From positions 32,736,001 to 32,800,000 of the forward strand of contig NC_059439.1 of NCBI RefSeq assembly GCF_021028975.2: a stretch of 64,000 nucleotides of DNA, in the 5' to 3' direction. Below are positions 48,930-61,347 of the stretch, piece after piece. The translations under genes were made by a program, and so were the position numbers. This DNA comes from Sphaerodactylus townsendi. Its lineage: Eukaryota. Under the pieces are notes generated by a model. That model was not told the origin of the DNA, did not search any database, and saw only the letters and a program-made list of their open reading frames with translations. The number at the start of each line of letters is the position of its first letter. Positions within the stretch are counted from its first letter, which is position 1.

Positions 48930-50753
48930 TTGGGGTCTCACCCCTGTGTCAAAGACCTTGGCCTCATTCAACAAGCACACAATCATGTGTGGACCGGTCT
49001 TCTCCGGATTGAAATCAACATTATTCCAGTCTGGGACGCGCTTGTAGTTCATGCCCTTGGCCACCGGAGAGCAGCAGCAGCGTCCCCAGCGGCTCCCCTG
49101 CCCAAAGGGGCTCGGACACTCCACAACCTCGACGTGCGGCCTCGTGCGAAGGTGTCACTTGCTCTTAACCACTAGTCCACGCTGGCATGTACAGGTCTGT
49201 TAGTAGCCTCTAACAGACCTGTACATGTTTCATGCCTTTCTCTTTTTCCCTCAGAGCAAAAAAAAAAATAATGATCAGAACTTACAGGGCTTATTTGGAA
49301 TTTGGTTTATAGTGCTTTTATAATAATTATATAATAGAGATTGGCGCCTACCAACTTTTCTGCTAGTGAAAGAGGGTAGAAGGGCTCAATTTGATCACTT
49401 TTTGGCCCAGGGATCCTGGCACTCAAATAAAATCTATTGACAAGTCATACCAACTCATTCATTTTTAACTGATGTGAGATTCTTGGACTGAGGACATTGA
49501 AAATAGATGGGCATTATTTTGCAGGCAGATCTCAAAAAGTAGAGTAAATATAGAGGTCTACCCCCATTTCAAAAAATTGAGAGCCCCTGGAGAGGTGGTG
49601 GGGTGGGAAAAGGATGGGGTAGGGAGGGAAAGGAGTTTGTAAGCCCCTTTGAGTCTCTTTGCAGGAGAGAAAGGGGGGGGATATAAATCCAAACTCTTCT
49701 TCTTTTTCTAGACTCCAAAGCAGCCGTTTTCTCCAGAAGAACTGATCAGGGTCATCAGGTATATTTATATATAGATTCCTGTTTGCAGAGTGACGAGCAG
49801 AATGTAGTTTTGTGCGTCACTTTATAATAAGAACAATTGTCTTGGTAAAGACCAGCCTTTTTACCTCAGAAATCATAAACAAAAGAGTTTTACTTATACT
49901 GAGAGAGAAATTCAGACTATATGTATATATGCACACACATACAGTAACACTTATACATCAATACATTCACAATTCATCGTTTGGTTACAATGTGGTTTCC
50001 ACAACTAGTATCATTTACAATATTTCAGTCAGATGGCTTTGCATGGCTTTGGTTTACAGGGCTTTGGTTAACATCTTTCCTCAGCAGAGACAGAGAGCAA
50101 CTGTTTCCAACTGTCACTTTTAGAATGTTTGCTGAGCTCTCCCAGAATTCCCTGCTGCTGCTGCTGCATGCAAGGCTGTCAAATCCAGCATGGAGATCAG
50201 TTGTAATCATGGGAGATCTCCAGGCACCACCTGGAAGTTGGTGACCCTCAGGTTACTTCTATGGAGCCTATCCCTGATTTGCTAATAGCAACCCCCTATG
50301 TCATAGGTGTCAAACTCGCGGCCCTCCAGATGTTATGGACTACAGTTCCCATAATTGCTGGCAGGGGATGATGGGAACTGTAGTCCATAACATCTGGAGG
50401 GAAGTGAGTTTGAAATCTATGCCCAAAGGTGAGGGTGTCAAATATGTGGCCCAAGAGCCGGCGTTGGTCCATTGAAAGGGCTTATCAGGCCACTGAGCCA
50501 GCTGAAGCAGCTCCGCCTCATTCCTGATCTGGCTTGCCCAGAGTTGGAGTTACTTCAGCTGGTCCATGGGCCCGATAAGCTCTCTCAAGGGGTCAGATCT
50601 GACCCCCCCCGTGCCACCCTCAGCAGGCTTGCCAGTCCAGGTACCCATCCCGCTCTCAATCTGGCATGGCGAGCCACCTTCCCCAGACCCGTCCTGAGCA
50701 AGTCACATGGATATCATATTTGGCCCTTGTAACAAATCCATCCAACTACCAGG

Positions 50754-51290
50754 CAGCTGCGTAACTACAAGGGGACTGGGGGTGCGCGTTGCACCGGGCG
50801 TGCGTCGGGGAGTCAGGTTTGTTTTTTGTGTTTTTTAGTATTTTTCAGTTTTTGGCCTTCGGGGGGCACAGTTTTTAGGCTAGCAGCACCAAAATTTCAG
50901 GGAGTTTTCGGGGGACTCTCCTGATGATGCCACCCATTTTTGGTTCAGGGTTTGGTTCAGGGGGTCCAAAGGTATTGGCTCCCAAAAAGGGTGTCCCATC
51001 CCCCATTGTTTCCAATGAGAGCTAATAGAAGATGGGGGCTACACCTTTGAGAATCCATAACTTTGGACCCCCTGAACCAAACTTCACCAAACCTGGCTGG
51101 TATCATCAGGATAGTCTCCTAAAGATACTCTGCAATTTTGATGCTGCTAGCCTTAAAACTGTGTCACCTGCAGGTCTTAAACTGAAAAAAACACTAAAAA
51201 AATACAAAAAACACAAACGAACATTAGGGGAGGAGGGGCAGCAAAACTCAGATTTTGCACCGGGCTCCATTTTCCCTAGCTACACCTCTG
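50754..51290. mobile_element. hAT-like element with palindromic internal module
   Basis: cagctgcgtaacta/tagctacacctctg termini; right end is the reverse complement of the 40072 start. Confidence 0.7.
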
Positions 51291-51484
51291 CTACCAGGTC
51301 CTACAGTTTTCAAGGCAAGAAGTGAACATCTCCAGTTAAAAGAACGAGGCGGTAAGTAATGTGAAAGACTTGGGGTGCTACAGAGGTGCTGCCTGTCTGA
51401 GAAGAGAACGTGACCCTTACTAGACCGCTGGTCTGGTTCAGCGAGTTCATGCGTAGGCTCACCCATCCGCCTGTTTGTCTCTCG

Positions 51485-52429
51485 TTATTGTCTAAGCAAG
51501 CCTTTCCTCCTTCCTACCACTTTCATGAAAGCAGCTTTTATCTCTTTATTCCTGAGGCTGTAGATGATCGGATTCAAAGCTGGAATCGCCACTGTGTAGA
51601 GGAGGGAAAGGATCCTGTCGCTGTCCAGGGAGTAGATCGACTTCGGTCGAATGTAGGTAAACGTGACAGTCCCGTAAAAGAGAGAAACGACCATGAGATG
51701 CGAGGAGCAGGTCGAGAAGCCTTTGCGCCAGTTCTCGGCTCCAGGCATCGTGAGGATGGCGGCTATGATGAGGACGTAGGACAGCAGGATGAGCAGAAAT
51801 GGTACCGTGATGAAGATCACTGTGACGGTGGCGACCGCTACCTCGTTCTTGAAGGTGTCTGCAGTGGCTAATCTCAGAACGGGCAGAAGATCGCAGAAGA
51901 AATGGCTGATTCTGTTAGGCCCGCAGAAAGGAAGAGTGAATATTGAAATGGACTGACCGAAAGCCACTAAAATACCAACGGCCCACGAGATGACGGCTAA
52001 TTGAACACATCCCCTGGGATCCATGATGCAAGAATACTGCAGGGGCTTGCATATGGCGACGTAGCGGTCATAGGCCATGACGGACAGAAGGCAACACTCG
52101 GTGATGCCGAAAAGAATGAAAAAGTACATCTGAACCCCACAACCCACCAAGGATATAGTTTGATGCTCCGACAGTAAATGCTCGAGTGTCTTAGGGACAA
52201 TGGTAAAAGTGTAGCCCAGTTCTAAAATGGACAAAGTCCGCAGAAAGAAGTACATGGGGGTGTGAAGGGCTGGATCCGTGGAAGCAAGGATCACGATCAG
52301 GCTGTTCCCAATTAATGAGGTCAAGTAGAATATTAATATTAGCAAAAAAAGAGGGACTCGCGTAGCCTGGAAATCGGAAAACCCTAAGAAGATTATCTCA
52401 GTCACGCAAGATTGGTTGTCTTTCTTCAT
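51485..52429 (-). CDS. Olfactory receptor, intact, ~314 aa (family 10-like)
   Basis: MKKDNQS, LHTPMYFFL, GCGVQMYFF, MAYDRYVAIC, HFFCD, KGFSTCSSHL, PALNPIIYSLRN. Confidence 0.95.
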   Translation of the reverse strand: MKKDNQSCVTEIIFLGFSDFQATRVPLFLLILIFYLTSLIGNSLIVILASTDPALHTPMYFFLRTLSILELGYTFTIVPKTLEHLLSEHQTISLVGCGVQMYFFILFGITECCLLSVMAYDRYVAICKPLQYSCIMDPRGCVQLAVISWAVGILVAFGQSISIFTLPFCGPNRISHFFCDLLPVLRLATADTFKNEVAVATVTVIFITVPFLLILLSYVLIIAAILTMPGAENWRKGFSTCSSHLMVVSLFYGTVTFTYIRPKSIYSLDSDRILSLLYTVAIPALNPIIYSLRNKEIKAAFMKVVGRRKGLLRQ

Positions 52430-52634
52430 TTGATCACCCAGATGGATTCCTGGAGAGACTGGAAGCAAAGGGTTGAAGTTTAGTTAGTCCTTTTAACACT
52501 TGTCTAGATAATGGTTTTTTTATTGCCAAATTCTGTCGTGAGTAAACTCAGCTGAATTAAGTGGGACTTGCCCAGTGGTGGAATTCAAACACTTTAACAA
52601 CTGGTTCCAGTGTTGGGATTCAAATAATGTAACA

Positions 52635-52841
52635 ACTGGGGTGCTGTGTGGTTTCCGGGCTGTATGGCCGTGTTCTAGCAGCATTCTCTCCTGACGTTTC
52701 GCCTGCATCTGTGGCTGGCATATCTGAAGATGCCAGCCACAGATGCAGGCGAAACGTCAGGAGAGAATGCTGCTAGAACACGGCCATACAGCCCGGAAAC
52801 CACACAGCACCCCAGTGATTCCAGCCATGAAAACCTTCGAC
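52635..52841. mobile_element. Penelope-like fold-back insertion nested in a hAT MITE (52573-53003)
   Basis: Perfect 87-bp inverted repeat 52635-52721 / 52730-52816 with 8-nt loop; aatgtaacaactgg duplicated on both sides. Confidence 0.82.
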
Positions 52842-53732
52842 CGTACAATGTAACAACTGGTTTTAATAATGTAATAATGTATAACCAATTATAATCAATT
52901 AATTAATTAATACTGTATAATCAATTAATAATCAAATAATGTAACAACCGTTTTAACAACCGGTTCTGCCAAAGTGGTGCAAACCAGCTGAATCCCACCA
53001 CTGGACTTACCCACTCATAAGTAAGCGCATAACTGCAACCTTCATATTAAGGAATTATGGTTTGTGTGACTGCAGAGCTGTCTGGAAGAATATGGCAACT
53101 GACTTTGAATCTGTACACATTTATCAGAACTTCCCCCCTCCTGTTAGATGTCTAAACATGTATGTTGTTGTAAGATCTGCATAGCTGTTGAATATGAAGT
53201 GCCATCCATTGATTTGTTCACATTATTAATATTTCAAGTATGTTATCCATAACAAGTAAAAAACCCTGTAGTAAATAGGTAGTATGCAACTTGGTGGCAT
53301 TGAACCCATGCACAATCATTCCAACATGTTCTCGTTCCCACTCCCCTCACGCCACACTGCCAATCCTTTTGGGAGGAGACCGAGATAAAATAAGGTGTTC
53401 AGTAGATCTACCTTTTCTCCATCATGTTTGCATTTTGCCATCTTCTCCACACTGTGATCCTATCACTTCCTTGTTCTTCCTTTCGGTACAGACACAACCA
53501 AATAACCCCCCTTTTATTGTTTTTAACTTCTCTAGTAAGTCTGAGCTCATTTTGTGTGTTCGCTTTTCTGACTTTCTCTCTACGCATCCTAGTGGTTTGA
53601 ATTCCTCTTTGGTGACCCCCCCCTTTCCATTTATTGTACAAGTTCCTTTTTAAATCTTAGCTCAGTTGAAAGTTCTTTGGACATCCATCCTGGTTTCTTT
53701 CATTTTCCCTCTTCGTTGCAACGGTTCAAAAT

Positions 53733-54629
53733 TAAGAACTAGCCTGCTGGATCAGACCAGAGTCCATCTAGTCCAGCACTCTGCTACTCGCAGTGGCCCA
53801 CCAGGTGCCTTTGGGAGCTCACATACAGGCTGTGAAAGCAATGGCCTTCTGCTGCTCCTGCTCCTGAGCACCTGGTCTGCTAAGGCATTTGCAATCTGAG
53901 ATCAAGGAGGATCAAGATTGGTAGCCATAAATTGACTTCTCCGCCATAAATCTGTCCAAGCCCTTTTTAAAGCTATCCAGGTTAGTGGCCATCACCACCT
54001 CCTGTGGCAGCATATTCCAAACACCAATCACACATTGCGTGAAGAAGTGTTTCCTTTTATTAGTCCTAATTCTTCCCCTCAGCATTTTCAATGAATTCCC
54101 TCTGGTTCTAGTATTGTGAGAAAGAGAGAAAAATGTCTCTCTGTCAACATTTTCTACCCCATGCATAATTGTATAGACTTCAATCATATCCCCCCTCAGA
54201 CGTCTCCTCTCCAAACTAAAGAGTCCCAAACGCTGCAGCCTCTCCTCATAAGGAAGGTGCTCTAATCCTTCAATCATCCTTGTTGCCCTTCTCTGTACTT
54301 TTTCTATCTCTTAGATATCTGTTTTGAGATGTGGCGACCAGAACTGAACACAGTACTCCAAGTGCGGTCGCACCACTGCTTGATATAAGGGCATGACAAT
54401 CCTTGCAGTTTTATTATCAACTCCTTTCCTAATGATCCCCAGCATAGAGTTTGCCTTTTTCACAGCTGCCATGCATTGAGTTGACATTCCCATGGAACTA
54501 TCAACTAAGTCGCCCAAATCCCTTTCCTGGTCTGTGACTGATAGCACTGACCCTTGTAGCGTGTATGTGAAGTTTGGATTTTTTGCCCCTATGTGCATCA
54601 CTTTGCATTTTGCTACATTGAACTGCATT
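53733..54629 (-). mobile_element. CR1 LINE, ORF2 3' part plus 3'UTR, internal deletion
   Basis: MQFNVAKCKVMHIG..ERDLG..LYQAVVRPHLEYCVQFWSP; YEERLQRLGLFSLERRRLRGDMIEVY. Confidence 0.9.
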
Positions 54630-54688
54630 GAACCTTCAATATGTCTCACCAGAGCTGAGTTTATTCTGGGTAATCATATGCTATAGGA

Positions 54689-55061
54689 CAGTGGTGGCAA
54701 ACCTATGGCACGGGTGCCAGAGGTGGCACTCAGAGCCCTCTCTGTGGGCACACACAAACAGAGTGCCCCCACACACATCTAGGCTGGCCTGGGCATGATC
54801 CTTTACCTGGGAGTAAGCTTGGTTGCTGGCAATGGGGCTTGCTTCTGAGTAAACCCTCCTAGGATCGTGATTCACCCATTTGAAGCATTGCACGGTTGCT
54901 TCACTAAGCTTACACTGAGTAACGTGTGCCTTGGAGCCAAACGTTTTTTCCAAACTAAAACCTCAGTATTCAGGTTAAATTGCCGTGTTGGCACTGCAAT
55001 AAATAAGTGGGTTTTGGGTTGCAATTTGGGCACTCGGTCTTGAAAAGGTTTGCCATCACTG
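54689..55061. mobile_element. hAT MITE (15205 family, reverse orientation)
   Basis: TIRs, TSD ctatagga. Confidence 0.87.
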
Positions 55062-56299
55062 CTATAGGAGGAGGGTGGGCTAGTTTGGTGGATTATGCTG
55101 GACTATGGAAGGATAACGTATGATCTAAATTTCTGCACCCTCCAATCAAAATAGGTCAAAGTACCCTCCAAATGCTGAAACAAAAAAGCCGAATTTCTAC
55201 TTCAAGATAAGCTAACTTCAAAATAAGTTAACAAATAACCCCACCATTTCGCAAGCAAGCAGGAAAGCAACCAGCCGCATCCTTAGCTAGTTTAGGATAA
55301 ACTGAGAGCTTATCAGTCTGATAACTTTTCAACAGACCACAACGGTCCACCAAATAAAAATGGGAATGTCTCTAACACTCATGTGAAAATCCAAGCACTG
55401 GCAATGCTTCTGGTATGGATATCAATATATTTGCTCCTACCTTTCTCCTGACAATTCTTTGTCTGTAAACATCAGGTTTTTAAGCAGGGACAGGAAGAGA
55501 GTTTTTTAAAAGTCCACCGGATCGGGAATTCCAAAGAGACAAGGTGGCTGTTTTTAATTCTTCTCCAAAGTCGTATGGGAGAGCCATTCATAATTGTAAC
55601 GGGGTTTGATAACTGGATGGTTGGGGAGAATCACTCCAAAGATTCCCGAGAGGAAAGAAAATCCACACTGTTGCTATTTTCTACCTCCTGAACAATCTTC
55701 CTGATGAGCTGATGATTGTTTGCCAGTACCTGCCTCTGCGTGGGCTAGGGGAGTTATGGGAGAACTGTGACTAGCCCAAGGTTGCCCAACAGGCTTCATG
55801 TTGAGGAGTGAAGAATTGAACCTGGCCCTCCAGATTAGACTGTGCTGCTCTTAACCACCACTCCTTCCATACACCTCCCCCCGCAAAGGCTCTTTGCTCA
55901 GGTGGTAACAACTTACTGGTGGTCCCTGCCCCGAAAAATATCTGCCTGTTCTCAACAGGGGCCAGAACTTTCTTGGCCCTGGCCCCAGTCTGGTGGGCAC
56001 CTCTGTCACGTGAGACCCAGGCCCTGTGCAACATTACAGTTTTGCAGGGCCTGCTAGACAGAGCTGTTTCACCAGGCCTGTGGTTGAAAATAGCAGTGGT
56101 GTCCAACTGGCTGGCCAGCTTCCCCTTCCTCTCTCTCCTTTTCTGTATGTCTTTTTATTGGTTCTTTGTTTTGCATAATTAGTTCATTTCCTCACTGATT
56201 GGTTATTATCAGTAACTAAGTCACCAGGATTATTATCAGTAATTAAGGTACTAGGTATTGCAACTGTTAATTTTAGTAGTGTGGCTTGGTTGCTGTACA

Positions 56300-56599
56300 A
56301 GAAGAAGAGTTGGATTTATATCCCCCCCTTTCCTGTAAGGAGACTCAAAGAGTCTTACAATCTCCTTTCCCTTCCCCCCCTCCCCCAACAAATACCCTGT
56401 GGAGTGGGTGGGACTGAGAGAGCTCTGAAGAACTGTGACTAGCCTGAGGTCACCCAGCTGGCGTGTGTTGGCAGTGCACAAGCTAATCTGGTTCACCAGA
56501 TAGTCCTCCACAGCTCAAGTTGCAGACCAGGGAATCAAACCCGGTTCTCCAGATTAAAATGCACTACTCCAGATTAAAATGCACCTACTACACCATGCT
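56300..56599 (-). mobile_element. tRNA-derived SINE
   Basis: Similar to the 6438 family. Confidence 0.78.
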
Positions 56600-57299
56600 G
56601 TAATCTGTCCTGAGCTCGCCTTGCATGGAAAGTCAGCCTGTAAATCCAATAGATTTAATATATATATCATGGTGTCGTGTAAAAGTGGAATCCCATTTTT
56701 ACAACCTGTTTTCCTTACCAGGGCATCTATTTCTTAGTAGGGTTTTGGCCAATTGCATTTGTGTTGCTATTTCTCCAGTAATGCCATTTGCTCATTGTTT
56801 CAATTAATGTGTTTTTCACCCGACAGCACACTGCATCATAGCTTTTGTAGTCTTACGGGTGTATAAAGAGTTGTTTCTGTAAAGAATCGTTTCAATAGTC
56901 ATACTTCAAAGAAACAGTTACATTCTGGGACTGTAACATTCCACAGTTGTGGAAGAAGGAGAAGAAGTTGAAATAATGTCAACCGAGGCTGAATTCTAGC
57001 CCCATTACTGAATTTTGTGTTTTTTCTGCATTCCTGGCACACATACAGTCTTGTGTATAAATAGCATATACAAGCAACATGGCTGTGTATGGTTTTTCAC
57101 TGGCAGGCTCCAACTGTGCAGCTGATTGGCACTACCAACGTATCCTCCAATAGTTCATGACATGTAGGCCACATGTAGGCCACACTGATTTAGTTCTGAT
57201 TTAGCAGAAGTTGCTCCTGGTCTCAGACTTAAAATGTTGATGTTTTCAGTGTTTCCTATGGCTTACAATGTCCTTGTCCATGGCTGTGACATCACTGCA

Positions 57300-57900
57300 A
57301 TCCAGCCAATGGCAGTGAAAGACAACATGACCCTTGTATCCCCTTTAACTCATTTTGATAGCAGCCATTTCTGTCTGATGGCTCTTGTTCCTTATTAGCT
57401 GTGAACATACAAGTGAGTCATAATAAACGACAAGATAAAACTGTGCGTAAAAAGTTTAATTCCTCTTATCATTTTATGCTTGTTATCCATAGCAACACTT
57501 TCCAAGAAGTGGAAAGTTTTCACAATTAGTTGCAGGGAGGGGTGCTTCGTAACAGTTAATGAGATCCAAGTCTGTTGAGGCCGGTTACTGAATTATTCCT
57601 TGCCTGCAAATCATTTCCCTAGTAAAATGATGTTCGTGTTACAATAACGAGGTCCAAAGTGATCAATTGAGTGCGCTCCTTGTGGAGAGAACCAAAAGCT
57701 CTGATTAAGCTCTGGAGGAATTAGATCAGTGGCGCTCTAGAGGAATGAAATCAAGAGCTGCAACAAATTTTGTTGTCAAGCTAATGGGTTCTTTGGAGAT
57801 CTATTAGCAGAGGCACACTTGGGCAACATAGCTCCCGGCTAGAGATCCCACGCGGCAGCAACGAGAAAGGAAATGTCAACCCTTAAGGACGGACAAGAGA
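57300..57900. promoter_or_regulatory. Candidate olfactory-receptor cluster enhancer
   Basis: No recognisable repeats; clustered homeodomain-type sites, O/E-like sites and an X-box-like motif (motif inference only). Confidence 0.3.
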
Positions 57901-58559
57901 AATAAATTCTGTGTCAATCAACAATGCAATGTGGTTGTGTGTGTTTGGAGAGAGGGCAATCCTCACACAGAATTTCAGTTCTCATGACTTCCAATTAATT
58001 TGGAAATTCCACCTTTTAAGGACAGTAACATTTGCTTGAGAACTATGGTGAACAGAATCTGAACAAGAGGGTAGGTATCTCCCCTGTATTGTCAAGGTCT
58101 CTAAAACACAGTCAGGAGAGATAGACATGGTAAAATAAAATTTAAATTGTGGATTTTTCTTTAAAAAACCTCTAGCTCTCTTTATCAATGTTCCTGTTGA
58201 GTACTTTACAGTCAGCCTTTTGACCATAGAAAGCAATCCGTTCATTCATTGGAGCTGTCCTTGGTGCTGAAGGGGATGTATAATTGTGCAACATTAGACC
58301 CAGCACAAAACCTATATCTCCACCACAAAATTAAACACATATTGACAGATCAAACCCCTACTTGTCAGGAAGTGGAAGGAGGACCAAAGAATGGATAAGG
58401 AAACATATGGGGAAAAAAGGATAATGGAATACAATTAATGACACCTGTCCAGAATCTGGCCACATTTACCAAAAGCCAGCATGGTATAGTGGTTAAGGTG
58501 TTGGACCAGGACCTATGATGTGCCCATCTTCCACACATATGTCTGACGATGCTTAGCAG

Positions 58560-58790
58560 AAATCAGAACTTTTGATTTGCCAAAGTTCATTGTTAGTGAA
58601 TTGGCTTGACAATATTGATAAAATGCCCTCAGGTATCAGATCAGGCCAATTTGGGTGCTAGAGAGTATCACAGTGTCATCTGCATATAGGAGTGGGATGA
58701 CTCCCTAACTCTGGCGGATGTTCATTGACTTCTCCGACACATTGGACCAGGTCCCTTAAAAGGAGGTTGAAAAGGGGAGGTGCTATACAC
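58560..58790 (-). mobile_element. Decayed LINE reverse-transcriptase fragment
   Basis: Minus strand IPLLYADDTVILSSTQIGL. Confidence 0.6.
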
Positions 58791-58919
58791 ATGTCCCCCC
58801 TCAACCTCCTCTTTTCCAGAGTGGACATTCCCAAGTCCCTTAGCCTTTCCTTGTAGGGCTTGGTCTCAGGGTTCTTCTCAGTGTCTTCTGTATATGCTCC
58901 ATTCTGCTGTTCTTGAAAT

Positions 58920-59221
58920 GAAGAAGAAGAAGAGTTTGGATTTATATCCCCCCTTTCTCTCCTGCAGGAGACTCAAAGGGGCTTACAATCTCCTTGCCCT
59001 TCCCCCCTCACAGCAAACACCCTGTGAGGTAGGTGGGGCTGAGAGAGCTCCAAGAAGCTGTGACTAGCCCAAGGTCACCCAGCTGGCATGTGTGGGAGTG
59101 CATAGGCTAATCTGAATTCCCCAGATAAGCCTCCACAGCTCAGGCGGCAGAGCTGGGAATCTAACCCGGTTCCTCCAGATTAGATACACGAGCTCTTAAC
59201 CTCCTATGCCACTGCTGCTCC
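58920..59221 (-). mobile_element. tRNA-derived SINE
   Basis: Reverse complement of the 6438 family. Confidence 0.87.
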
Positions 59222-59254
59222 TGGGGCCTTCAAAACTACACAATGAGGCCTTCA

Positions 59255-59870
59255 AAACTACACAAAGTACTCCAGGTGTGACCTTATCAATGGGGAGTAC
59301 AGCAGGACTGTGACACCTTGTGATTTGGACGTTGCGCCCTTGTTGATGCCCCCCAAGTGCATTAGCCTCTTTTGCCCCTGTAGCTTCCTTTATCAATGTT
59401 CCTGTTGAGTACTTTAGAGTCAGCCTTTTGACCATAGAAAGCAATCCATTCACTGGAGCTGTCCTAGGTGCTGAAGGAGATGTGAAGGGGCTGAAGGGGA
59501 TCACACTTGGTGCTGAAGGGGATCACACTGGCTGATCATATTTAGTCCACCTGTACCGCCAAGATCTTGTTCACCCGCACTGCTACCCAGAAGTGTATTC
59601 CCCAACCAGTACTCAGGCTTCTCATTTTTGCGACCCAGATGCAGAACTCTGCATTTATTCTGGTCGAATTTTATCCTGTTGATATCCACCCATTCTTCCA
59701 ATGGGTCGAATTCTATATCTTATGGAGGATTTGCTACTCTTCCCAATTGGATGCCATCTACACATTTAAGGAACGGGTCCCTCCACCCCTTCAGCCAGAT
59801 CATTAGTAAAAATGCTAAAGAAGTACCGGGCACAGAACCAAACCTTGAGGCCCTCCGCCGAACACTTCCC
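59255..59870 (-). mobile_element. Old CR1 ORF2 fragment
   Basis: EEWVDINRIKFDQNKCRVLHLGRKN..EQDLG. Confidence 0.7.
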
Positions 59871-60025
59871 ACCCATAAAATGAAATGCCACTGACAGCCA
59901 CTCTGACGGGGACGCAGAGGCCGGGTCCATGTTTTCACTCACACATTGAACTTCTGCATCTTCTCTTCATTCTTCCTACCATTAGCCAATCCCGTACTGG
60001 ACCCAGAGTTCCTTTCAAACAGACC

Positions 60026-60367
60026 TGTCAGAACATGTGTTTAGATGAGCAAACTCTAAATGACAGCTGGACCCTCCTTCTAGCAGGTGCCGTGTGCAAA
60101 ATTAGGACTGAGTGCACAACATGTACCGTGTGCAACACCTGATAAGGCGAGGGCACCTGATTGGTACCACTTTCGTATATAGTTAGCACAGACAGCAGAG
60201 TGATGTGTGGCTGAAAACACCTGTGGTCTGGCGAAGCACTTTGTCAGTAGATAGCAATAAATAGAACTGCCCTGGTGACTGTGTGTCTGTCAGTTCTTGT
60301 CTACATTGCATCCTGCAAGGTGGTCTACTCCGAGTAAATCCGCTGCTTCAACAGGTCATGGGCCCAG
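60026..60367 (+). mobile_element. Copia-type LTR with primer-binding site
   Basis: tatata 60176, aataaa 60256, ends ..caaca 60353, then ggtcatgggcccag (13/14 complementary to the tRNA-iMet anticodon arm); 5' start uncertain. Confidence 0.65.
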
Positions 60368-60750
60368 ATTCTGCCTTTACTCGTGAGTAACTGTTTGTGT
60401 TGCTGCGTCTTTTGCTGGCTTGCCTTTTGAGCAGCTAACAGAGCATAATTATATGACCTGGTCTCTCTATTTTATACGCACTCTCACAAAGACTTCTTAG
60501 GAAACATAGTTGGTGATACAGGTATCTCGGTCCAGTCTGCTGCCAATGGTGCTGATGGATTAAATGGTTTGTTATAGACTTCCATGAACTCAGGGGAAGG
60601 TGGTACTGGTTAACATAGCATATTGTCTCTTGGTTCACTACTTTCCCTTGGAATCCTTAGTCTTCCCCTGAATTTTTGATTCTTAGGTTATCTGACAGGC
60701 GCAGTTTTCCCTCCAAGAAACAGTGGTGAGTTCCTAGCTCAACAGATCTT

Positions 60751-61347
60751 TCATGCCCAAATGGCGATGATGGCCATGATGGAGAAACCAAAGCCAATGA
60801 AGAGGAATTTGACGAGAGAACTTTCGTGTGAGCGCAGCTCATAGGGCAGGATCTCCAGGAAAGTGACGTAAAGGAATGTCCCAGCTGCCACCCCTTCCAG
60901 CACCGCCTGAGCCAGGCCGGTGCCATCGCCATCCGAAAGCGACACCCCGATGCCAATAGCGATGCCGGCGGGGGACATGAGGGCAAAGACCACCAGGTAC
61001 AGAAGCCTCCAGCGGGCTTTGGTGCCGCTCTGCACCAGCTTCAAGGCCAGGCTGAAGGCCACAATGCCCTTGTGGATCAGCACGGCCAGGCAGAGCTGCA
61101 CAGCGCCCGTCTCCTCCTTCTGCACGCCGATGGCGAGCCCCTCGAAGACGGAGTGGAAAGAGAGCGAAAGGAAGAGCACGAAAGCTCGGAAGGAGCTGTG
61201 CGACTCGGGCACGCCTTTGGGGTCGTCGTGGGCTTCGGCGTCGCCGTGCGAATGGACAGCCCGAGGGCAGCAGAACAGCACCACGCTCTCGATGAAAAAC
61301 ACCAGGAAGAAGCCGGAGCAGATGATGAGTTCTCCGAAGGGGTATCC
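60751..61347 (-). CDS. SLC39A2: Zinc transporter ZIP2, last coding exon
   Basis: cag|GYPFGELII..GFFLVFFIES..CCP, LSLSFHSVFEGLAIG, QLCLAVLIHKG, GLAQAVLEGVAAGTFLYVTFLEILP, ends IAIWA*; fits ZIP2 better than ZIP1/3. Confidence 0.9.
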   Translation of the reverse strand, partial: GYPFGELIICSGFFLVFFIESVVLFCCPRAVHSHGDAEAHDDPKGVPESHSSFRAFVLFLSLSFHSVFEGLAIGVQKEETGAVQLCLAVLIHKGIVAFSLALKLVQSGTKARWRLLYLVVFALMSPAGIAIGIGVSLSDGDGTGLAQAVLEGVAAGTFLYVTFLEILPYELRSHESSLVKFLFIGFGFSIMAIIAIWA

